From contig NC_059426.1 in the NCBI RefSeq assembly GCF_021028975.2, positions 43,524,001-43,588,000 of the forward strand: DNA of 64,000 nucleotides. Reading direction: 5' to 3'. The DNA comes from Sphaerodactylus townsendi. Lineage: Eukaryota. Within the stretch, counting starts at the first letter, position 1, and each line of letters begins with the position of its first letter. This document shows, piece after piece, positions 10,786 to 20,290 of this stretch. The notes under the pieces were generated by a model, which saw nothing but the letters and a program-made list of their open reading frames with translations, was not told the DNA's origin and ran no database searches. A program made the translations under genes and the position numbers.

Positions 10786-12629
10786 GCTACGCCACTGTTT
10801 GAATCCCACCACCATTGGAACCTGTTACTAAAATTTTTGAATCCCACCACTGGTATCCCCCTAAGTGGCAGCAGAACCTTGTTTGCCACTTGGGTGTCCT
10901 TACACAGTGCACTACTGAGGGGACTGATAAAACTGCTTTCTAGAAGGTACAGATCAGTGCCCCCCCCCATTTGTGCCCCAGTGTTTGCATAGTCTTTGTC
11001 TGGGAGAAGGCTTGGGCTCTTACTCTCTGCCCAGCCATGTATCTGAGCCCTTGTGTAGTAGACATCTTTGATATTCTACAGACAACGCCTACTCTGAGTG
11101 AACTACAGATGCATGCAGAAGCGGCAGCTACAGTGGCCATGATTCGAGGGACTTGAACCCACATCGGCAGATCTCAGTGGACTATCATCACTCTAGGATT
11201 TCTCCCTGTCACACCACAGTGCTCTTTCGCAGAGGGTTCTGCATATGGGCAGCGATGCCCTTTCCTGACATCACCAGGGTGTGGTTGGCCATTTCAGTCT
11301 TTGTCATCAATGCATGGACAGCACACCAATCCATGATTAGTGGCTTGCAGGAGGGTTGCTATGGACTCTAGTACACTCACTGTGTTCCCTGTACCTGGTG
11401 GAGGTGTCCTATTTCCCCTCTGCAGAGTATGCACATGGTATCTCTGAGCAGTACCAGGGACTCTTGATTGGTCTGCTGAAGGATTAAGGCAGTTTCATGA
11501 TGAATGTACCAGGTTCACAAAAAGCACCATCAAATTGGAAGGAACACCCAGTAAAGTTAAGATACTTTAAACGTTGGACCATTTGCACTAAATATCTGGA
11601 CAGGCAGATACTCAAAGTGCTTTAACAATGCAAAACAAGGACTGTGAAACAGAGTCTAAGATGAAGAAATGTAAACAGGAACATCTATTTCTAGGTGATA
11701 GTTGATAATATGGAACTTTTTAGTTACCTGTTATGGTGTTATTGTCATGGCTTTCGTGGTTGAAATGGATTTGATGAGAGAAATGAAATGGCAGAAAGAA
11801 TGTGTATCTTGGTCTTCTCCCTTCCCACAAGCTCTGATTTGATCTTTAGCAATACCATAGTGGAAATGTCTGTCACTTGAACACATTAGCAAAACTCTAA
11901 AAGAAATCTGGGAAGCTCAACTTTGAATCTTGTAACCAAGTGTGCCAAGCATGGACAACAATTTCATTACTCAACCTAAGCTATTCAAACAAACAGAATC
12001 TGAATGCCAAAGCTACTACAAAGGATCGTACCAAAACTACAGTGGTCTTCCTTACAGCTGTGGTTGTGTCTTTACATTAAAATTTCCGCCTGCTTATTGA
12101 CACAGCAAAAGAAAACTATACCAGTTATAACAAAATCTGAAAGTTAAATGATAACTACGTAGTCTAGGAAAACAGCATGCTCTGAAGTCCATTACTAATA
12201 CAACTTCTGAAAACAGTTTAACATAAAAATTACATTAGGCTATAAAGCAATTAAACATAGTTAAAGCCACAACATTTTTTTCCACAAATCATTTTTATAT
12301 TTCCAACAAAGTAGCATTGGACTACTGATATACAAATACAAGTTCCCCTATCTTGCTTTCTCAAACTCTCCCAGAACTTCAGTCTAACAGTGTGTGAACT
12401 TCACACTCCACTGTATTTCTGGAATTATCTGAAAATTTAAATTACCAGTACTCAACAAATAATGCTACACTGAAACAGAGAGAAAAGTGGCTTCTTTTTA
12501 AAGTTACTGATTCCCTTCTACCAACATGTCCAAGCACATGTTCTCCACCGAAAATCACTGCCTTTTGTGAAAATTTTTTAAAAGGTTCCCTTAGTTTAAT
12601 AACTGAAGGATTACCCTCACAATAGAAAG

Positions 12630-12840
12630 CTGAAGTAGGTTAGAGTTAGTCTAATACCTTGGAGACCTGGGTTCAAATCCCCCCTCTGCCATGGAAGCTT
12701 GCTGGATGATCATGAGTCAGTCAAATACACATACTCTGCTTAACCTATCTCAAAAAATTTGTTGTGAAGATAAAATGGAGATGTGGAGCAGGTTGTACAC
12801 CACTTTGACTTCCCGCCAGGAGAAAAGTGAGGTATAAACA
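12630..12840 (+). mobile_element. tRNA-derived SINE, degraded
   Basis: Box-B-like gggttcaaatccc, ctgccatggaagcttgctgg body, and gttgtgaagataaaatggag...ggtataaa tail. Confidence 0.65.
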
Positions 12841-15459
12841 GTTAAAGAAAGAAAAGGCTAACTGGCTCTTTCAAGTAAGATTTTTTGGGAACAACTCCAA
12901 AAAGCAAGTTCCAAAGTTTACCTCATACAAATTTTGGCCTTGGCAACTACTGAAGTAACTCATGGGGCAAAATCAAAACAAAACAAAACCTCACTGTATG
13001 TTATGTAACTAAAGAGTTTATTCTGAGGAAAACAAAAAAAGCGTTTAAATGCCCAGCAATGCATATATTGCAGCCATAAGAGAATCCTTCCAAACCATTA
13101 ACGGTCCCTAATAAAATCAATTTTAGTTTTGAATTTTGTTAGGGCACGATACACAAATTCTCTACAGTAAAGTCTTCAACCTGGGTTTGTTCTAAAATTG
13201 TGATTACATAAAGAATTATAGTATAGACTACTGTACTGATTAGCTACTACTTCACAGTATTTATTCCTAATGCTTCAGGGTCACCCTTTTACAGCTTGAC
13301 CTTAAGTATGTTTACACAGAAGTAAATCTTCATTTTCAGTGGTACTCGCTTCCTGGTGAGCTGAACAGTGACAGAGAAAGCAATGTCTTTCCCTATATAC
13401 ATAAAATGGGAGTGTCTGCATATTTTCAGCAAAGCTTGATATCCAATGAAAATGAAGGAACCACAGTGTACACATTAGAAAGCTGGAAAGAACTAATAAT
13501 GCATAAATACCATGATCCTATTTCAAAAGCATTTGGGAAGGCATTTTTACACTGATACACATAGCTAGGGGCTCTATTCTTGAAGCAAGAATGATTAAAA
13601 ACCTAGCAATACCAAACTAAATGCTTTAGTCTGCATTCATTAACAAACTTTGGCGATGAATGTTATTGAAAAGTTTATTTAATGTTTCCTACTCTTCTCC
13701 TTGGAAATATTACTTACGAATGTGAAACTATGCCTAGTTTCATAACGTCAGTATTAAAGGAATATAAATCAACTCCATAGTGAATTTACTTTATTTCCAC
13801 ATGGCCACTTTTCTTAACAAGAATTTTTACCCTTTTGTCCACCACAACACCACAAATTTTAATCAACTGGTATCCAAGTTGGATCTACAGCAGAGCATAT
13901 GACAAAACAGAAGCTCAGCTCAACTACATTAAAAATAACAAGCTATGTTTATTCCTTACATAAAATTTCCTTTACTGAATATCTTTTAAAACTGCTTCAC
14001 AATCACACCTCTCTGCAGAGCAAGTTCAATTTTTAGTGCCAGACACAGGAGCAAGAATTCTGTAAATGGGTGATCTTGAGACTCTTGACCAGATCAAAGG
14101 CAGCAATCCTCAGCATACTTAGCCAGGAAGTGAGCCCCACTGAAGTCAGAAGAACCCACTTTCAAGTTGAGATTCAGTTAAGGATGGAAATCAGGCACTT
14201 TAAGAGAGTCACTTGCCCATTTAGTCACTGGAATGGTAATAAACCTGATTAAAGAGACTGGGAAGGAGCAAAAAGACTTTTTGATAAAATGCAAATGAAC
14301 ACCCAACAATGAAAAGACGAAGATCCAAACAAAGCTCCAAACAAAATCTAAAGTTTAGCATTTAAAAGCAAAATGGGGAACGAATATTCTACACTACATT
14401 TGTATAGAAAAGCGAGCTAGTTTACAAGCATCACTTGGGTTTGCTGAAAGGTATGGTAACATCTCATTTGCTGGAATATTATGCCAAGCTAAGACTCATG
14501 CAGCTAGTTTTTTCCTTTTAGCAAGCATGAGTTCTGTTTGGTATTTAGCAGTGTTCGGCATTTCACAGCACAGTCAACCCACACAGAACAGATCAATAAC
14601 ATTACAGACACAAGACTAGACTGTATCCATTTAATAACCGCAAGTAAGTGTACCATTCAGCAAAATCTTACACAAGTTTCACAACTGCTGGAGAGAAGGA
14701 GCAAATGAGAAATATGAAGATGAAATCATAACCTGCTTTTACTACCCATTCAATTATAAAAAGCTTTTTCACCTTTCAATTAAGATTCAGACCATTTTTT
14801 ACTAAAGAAAACTGGGCAGTTATCCTATCCATTACTAGCTGTACACTGTATCTTCATGGAGAGATAGGATTTCCCGTACTTGGAACAGCATAAAGCAGTC
14901 CAACCACTGGTTGCTGCCCAGAAAACATTTCCCTGTGACAAAAACCTGATCAACTTACGTCTTATAACAAAATGATTTTGGTTGCAAATCCCGGAGTTCA
15001 ATGTTTTCACATAGAATCCAACTCATTAGTGGAGGTAAAATCAAGAGCTTTATTTTTTTAACTGCACATAGGTTTTAAAAATATTTTCATTCAAAAGTAT
15101 TCAGCAGTATCTTCTGACTCAGTATTCTTAATTCTCTGATAAGAAAATGTAACACTGAATACATATCACATTCAACTAGTTATTATAACCATCACCTTTC
15201 AAAATTTCTTGAAGCCAAAAAACATTTCACTACTGTTTCATAACACCACAAACTAGTAGCTTGAACTACCTGTATAGGACACCAACTTATGAAGTAGAAA
15301 GGCTCAGCTGCAGACTTCAAAGATAATGAAAGCAACACATTGCTGTGGTTGAAAGGAAGTGCTCAACAAGCAGAAACAAACCAGCGTAATCATTTCAACC
15401 TCAAGTACTATTTTGAGGATTACTAAAGTCTAATCAAGGGAAAGAAACCATGCACTTAC

Positions 15460-15514
15460 CTGAAGAACAGGAGATAAGAAAAACAGCAAACACCAACTTT
15501 GTAGCAGCTCCCAT
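15460..15514 (-). CDS. ACVR2A: First coding segment (signal peptide) of activin receptor type-2A; 55 nt, phase-1 donor
   Basis: Minus strand reads GGAAA-ATG GGA GCT GCT ACA AAG TTG GTG TTT GCT GTT TTT CTT ATC TCC TGT TCT TCA G|GTAAGT = MGAATKLVFAVFLISCSS(G), matching the known ACVR2A N-terminus (human MGAAAKLAFAVFLISCSSG). Strong Kozak context (A-3, G+4) and canonical donor. Confidence 0.96.
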
Positions 15515-15697
15515 TTTCCAAACAATCAGAACCGATACAAAGGAATTCTATATATCCAAGATTCTAGGTCGCCCAAATATGAAAATTCTTGTCTCTCCTT
15601 GATGAAACTATCTATAGCAACATATTTGTGCATTTATTTGTCCATAGGTGTAAAAATGGATTCTGCTTTATCAGTCTATCCAGCTTTTCTGTAGCCA
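15460..15697 (-). other. ACVR2A: Predicted ACVR2A exon (183-nt 5'UTR part plus 55-nt CDS)
   Basis: Minus-strand acceptor CCCTTTCTCACAG| ends at 15698; donor GTAAGT starts at 15459. Implies an upstream non-coding exon from the CpG island, whose donor I could not place. Confidence 0.65.
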
Positions 15698-16599
15698 CTG
15701 TGAGAAAGGGATGTATATATTTGGGAATCTGAACGTCATTTGGCTTCTATACAAATGGTGGCAAAATTAAATTCACAAAAACACGGTAAATACCCAGTTC
15801 AAAAGGTCAGGATGAAACAGTTGAGTATTAAGCAAATAACTGAGTCAAGAGCACCTTCCCCTCTTCACTTTGAGAACTGCAAGGAGTCAGTCACAGATGC
15901 TGGAACCAGGCAAAATGCACAAATATTAGTAAACAATACTTTCGTCTTCACACATCTTTTATAGCATGTAGTGTTTCAGTGAGAGATAGCTGTCTCAGGT
16001 TCAAGTGTCAACCCAACTACACCCTCAAGGAAAATGGTAACTGTAACTTAATGCAAAAATGTTTTAAAATTAAGCAGGATGTGAAACACTGATGTTTCCT
16101 ATTAATGACACAGAGAGTAACCCACAGGGATGAGGACAGCAGAGATTAAAAAACTTGTCAAATCTACACAGCAGGACAAATTGTGGGGAACCACTCTTCC
16201 TTCCTTATCTAATTAACCAAAGATGAACATTTGCATTTGTCCACGCTCCTTTGCTTTTGCCCACGCAAGGGAAGAAATTACATGTTCCAGACGCTTGCTG
16301 GGCAGTCAAGGAAAATTTCAGACTCTTCAGAGAACTTCCCCAACCTATGCAGCCGCTCGAGCCTATAGTTTAAGACACCCCTACTTGGTATTTAAACCAC
16401 AACAAAGCAGTGGAAGGGATAGGAAGGTTACGCTGCATCCAGCTGCTACAAAAAAATGTCTTCGCTGTTCTTTAAATAAAAACCCACCACACACACACAC
16501 GACTTCTTGAAAGGCTTGTGAAAAAAATCTTCATTTAAGTGGTGGTGTATGGCAGTCTTAAGCACTGGAGTCGAAGCAGATGAAACGACGTTTTATAAC

Positions 16600-17750
16600 C
16601 AGAGGTGGGCAATTAGGTCTTCTCGAGAGGCCAGGCTGGTGGGTCGCAGGGATTCCTCAGGCTTGTGGTGTAGGCTCCTCAAACCGTGACAGATGCAAAC
16701 CTCCTTCTCTTTCTCCCCTCCAACTCTTCAAGGGCTCCCCATTTCCCACAGGCTCGTGTGCCCCCCTCCCCCCGGTAGAGGCAGGACCCTCCGCACACGT
16801 TATCCAACTCGGCTTTTGTTTTCCTTCTCCTCCCTCCTTCTCCTCCTTCGCCTCTCCCCCTTGGAAACCACACTCGCAGCCAGCAGGCGAGAGCGGGGCG
16901 GGCGAGGGCACGGAGCCTGGTCAATCCTCGCTCGCCTTTCTCTTCCCCCCCGCCTCGTGCCTCCCACACAGCGTCTTCCAGGCGAGCCCGGTGCAGAGAG
17001 CCGGCCAAAGCAGGCGGAAGCGAGGGGAGCCTTTCTCGCTGTTCCCTCCTTCTAGCTCTTTTCCTCCGGCGGCGAAGAAGCAGCAGGCTCCCACCCGCCA
17101 GGCTCCCGGCAGCCGGAAGCGCGGCTGAACCCAACTTTGCACCCCCGAGAATGAAGTTGAAGCGCCGTCCAGAGGGAAGGGCCGAGGCGATTTGCTTCCT
17201 CAGGGCGGCTTCGCAGGGAGCGGAAGAGACGGAGGGAGAAGGAACCGGCTTTATCGCAGTCCGGGCCTCGGCGGCAGCGCGGAATAATCTCGCTGCGCCC
17301 CTGTGGTAATTTCATAGCGACCCATTCACTCGCGCGGTGAGGAGAAGGGACCCAAGATGGCGGCGCCCGGCCGATTGTTTTTGTTTCCACCTCGCTTTTT
17401 TTTACCCCTCCCCCCCACTCCCTGCTCGCTCCCGCGCGCGCCTCCGCTGTCTTTTCGCTCAACCAGGCCCAACGGTGGCCGTCACAGCGGCGCGCGAGAG
17501 ACTTCGTGGGCGTGTGTGCGCGCGCGCGCACGCCTGGGCGCTCTGCCTTCGCTTCTGTTCCTTGATTGGCAGCCCGAGCTAGCCACTCTGAGCAAAGAGG
17601 AGCGCACGATCGGGCCTCAGTCACGTGATGTTGTGCGACCGCCTCTCGTCTTCCACCCCTCTATTGGGCGGGGTTCGGCCGTGGTGACGCTCCCCGCTTG
17701 ACCCTGTGCGTGTTCACTCGGGAGTAAGGCCCCAGCACTCAACGGAGCGT
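16600..17750 (-). promoter_or_regulatory. ACVR2A: CpG-island promoter of ACVR2A
   Basis: Only long non-repeat GC/CpG-rich block in the window. Contains YY1 motif AAGATGGCGGC (~17355), TGCGCGCGCGCGCA NRF1-like tract (~17517), two ATTGG (CCAAT on minus; ~17565, ~17663), E-box GTCACGTGA (~17620) and GC box GGGCGGGG (~17666). Lies 1-2 kb upstream of the ATG exon. Confidence 0.85.
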
Positions 17751-17828
17751 GCATGTATGTCAACGGGCAGGGGATTGCAGCCTTTGCGTGATTTGCTGTC
17801 CTCTGTGCGTTTGCACAGAAGTGGAGTG

Positions 17829-17905
17829 GCTGTTGTGGGTTTTCCGGGATGCGTGGCCGTGATGTACCAGACCACGGCTGCACACCCTGGAAAACTTACA
17901 ACAGT
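17829..17905. repeat. Short palindromic Penelope-terminus remnant
   Basis: gttgtgggttttccggga..gtggccgtg and cacggctgcacaccctggaaaacttacaac; same family as 28968, 56302 and 59245. Confidence 0.6.
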
Positions 17906-19109
17906 CCGTTGATCCCAGCCGTTCACTTCCCAGTGACCCTATGCAGTTTCGCCTCTTTGAGATTTCTTTCAATACAGTCTATACACAGCGCTTGGAAATG
18001 GTTTCCTGGAGCAGTTATACTCGTGGGAAGCCTACAGTAGCCGAGGCTAGAAATCCCAAAGAAATAAGGAATTCTGAAATGGAATGAGAAGCCACCCCTT
18101 TGCCAAGAACAAATACGAATAAGGAAATCATATATATTCACCACTTTTCCTTCACTGTATTTGTGGGCCAGAACCCATCATCAAGAGAGTTAGTGCAGAG
18201 TATCTTCATGAGTGGCTAATTACATATTAATTATTAAAGATAAAGGGTATTAAAAATGCATAGAGGTAGGTGGTGTAATTTGTACATTTTCTTCAACTAC
18301 ATAATTAGGAAACCAAATTCAAGATTAGAAATTGACACTATTTTGTCTCTGGGTGGGGGATGAACACAACCTATCCACACATACTGGTCAGCAAGATTAT
18401 CAATTTACAAAAGTTCAAACTTTGTGCCCATGTAGCAGACTACTAGTTTCCTTATCGCTAGGTACTAAGTCTGGACAAAAGATAGTTTCATATTTCAGAT
18501 GTCAATAATAAGGGATGACTGCTTGGCTATTATGGAATCCCACATTAAGGTTAATATTAGTGCCACATGAGACAATTTTGCTTTGGGCTTCATAGAGAAA
18601 ACCAAACTACAAACACAGAGATGAATCCTATAGTCAGTGGAAATCACTGATAGTTGCAAATCTTTGACACACACACAGGTTCCTTATTTACTCTTGGACA
18701 AGTGGTCTAACAGCCAATGTTTCACAGGTCACGCCCTACCCATGAAGTTAGTAGTGGCAACAAAACGTACTGCCCTGCCTCTTTTCTGAGTGCAGCTGTG
18801 CTAATTTTTGAAGGGGGGGGCTACAGCTCCTTCTCTCCCCCCACCTCCCCCAGTTCCTAACCCTTTTAGAAAGGACTGCTGCGGGAAGAGGAAACTCAGG
18901 AAGATTTGTGATTGTTATGCTAAGTCCAACCCACTGCAACAGATAGTTTTGGGACTTTTTGTCTCTTGAAATTTGGGGCTTATAACTTATAATTAAATAA
19001 CAGCACCAGATGTATTGACACAAGAGAGTCAAAGTGCTTTTGGCCTTTCAGGGCTAATCCATGGAGGCTATGGTGGAAGATAACAAAATCCTGTCATATT
19101 CGAGCAAAT

Positions 19110-19200
19110 GTGTTAAGTGCCATCAAGTCTTCTCAGATTCATGGCAACCCTATGAATCAATGTCCTCCAAAACATCCTATCATTAAAAGCCTTGCTCAGG
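19110..19200 (-). mobile_element. RTE/BovB-type 3' end fragment
   Basis: aagtgccatcaagtc...atggcaaccctatgaatcaatgtcctccaaaacatcctatc resembles the reversed RTE 3' terminus. Confidence 0.5.
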
Positions 19201-19763
19201 GAGTCCAAGCAATTAGAAGGCTAATCATAGTTCTGTTTGTTTAAATTACGTTTGTGGGGAGAAAAGTGGGATGTAAATATTTAAATCATTAAGGAACAGT
19301 AAAATTATTTTTCTTATGTGCTCAGACTAAAATGTAGTCACAGGAAAGTCTTGCTTAGGTGTCATTGGTTATACGCTAGCTAGAAGGTGATTGCTCAGAG
19401 TCCGTTCATAAATGAGAGCCATTGGAATTGGCATCCAGGTACAGGTGTTATATAGCAGTTGTCATATGGAGCAACTGCTGCCTGTTGTCTGTTACCATGT
19501 AGCATCTACATCAAGAAGGGATCCTGAGAACAGTGGTATCTTGGGGTTCTGAAAACGTGGAGAAATCTGATAGTGGCTCCCCATCCTGTTTGGTTGGTGC
19601 ATTCATTTTGAGTAGGGTATGCTATGCAGTCAGCAGGCACATGGACCTGAGTTGTAATTTAGAAGGCTTGCAAGGAACCTTTCACTTTAAGGAAGGTATT
19701 TATGGATATCATTGTGCTCCCCACCCCCCAGAAATAAGTAAACCAGGTTCACTGTATAACTAA

Positions 19764-20290
19764 GGCCATTTCCGCACGGGCGGAATATGGCGGCCTGGGA
19801 ACGGTAAAAACGCCGTCCCAAGGCTGCCATTCGCACAGGGGGCGCAGCTGCATTGCAGCCGCGCCGCCCTAACGCCGCCCGACTGGCGTGAAGCCGGCGT
19901 TTCCAGAGTGCGCTGGGAAGCGCACTTTCCTGGGTACGCTGGCTTGAAGCCACTGCCGTGCGAACGGCAGCGGCTTCAAGGCGCCTCCCCCCCCCACTCC
20001 CTCCCTGCACTTACCTTGTCTCCAGGCCTCCGGCGTGTCGCCAAGGCCTGGGTTTCCAGTACGCCCTTCTGCTCTGCGCTAATTGAGCAGGCGCAGAGGG
20101 GCTCTGGGCCGGTCCTCAGTTCGCAGACGTGCCGGAGGCCCGGGGACATGCCGGGTCGGCTGGGCGATGGCACTCTGCAGCGCCGTCATCCCAGCTCTTT
20201 CTGGGACCGTCCATGCGGACGGTCCCAGTGTCGTCGGGTTGGCGCAAAATGCGTTGACCCAGCCGCTTCCGCCTCTGTGCGGAAACGGCC
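19764..20290. mobile_element. GC-rich PIF/Harbinger-type MITE
   Basis: TIRs GGCCATTTCCGCAC...GTGCGGAAACGGCC; TAA on the left and CAA on the right (degenerate 3-bp TSD); internal hairpins; related to 27905-28302. Confidence 0.8.

Larger units (their letters stand above)
9834..10852. mobile_element. Non-autonomous hAT element with 8-bp TSD GTATCCCC
   Basis: Ends CAGAGGTGGGAT...ATCCCACCACTG; identical GTATCCCC at 9826-9833 and 10853-10860. Confidence 0.9.
3500..11440 (+). pseudogene. Decayed transposon-like coding relic (Cys/His finger, SWIM-like, Ulp1/SENP-like protease, PHD-like), split into ~3500-4093, 8852-9833 and 10861-11440 by the DIRS and hAT insertions
   Basis: Reading frames rejoin across both insertion sites. 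Motifs by eye: SCGNSQGCGR|SCIRHKSTTW; GLGPDCLSDIILG, HFYSTMFFF and LCLVPL (one frame); HSCFACCWPKDKLCLLDS; VPPHLCPSVCIVFV; CHQC..W..C..C..HSLC..CRVC. Many stops and frameshifts; not confirmed by search. Confidence 0.5.

Noticed and set aside
9500-11030. Processed pseudogene of a host SENP gene
   Set aside because: Similarity is only at the level of generic C48 motifs, host SENPs lack a downstream PHD, and I see no poly-A/TSD. Disfavoured, but not excluded without a search.
1-15459. ACVR2A exon 2 (AILGRSETQEC...)
   Set aside because: Not found on the minus strand by eye; it presumably lies beyond the left edge of the window.
16580-17972. Many overlapping 70-190 aa ORFs on both strands
   Set aside because: Low-complexity R/P/G/A translations expected from a stop-poor CpG island; the true ACVR2A start is at 15514.
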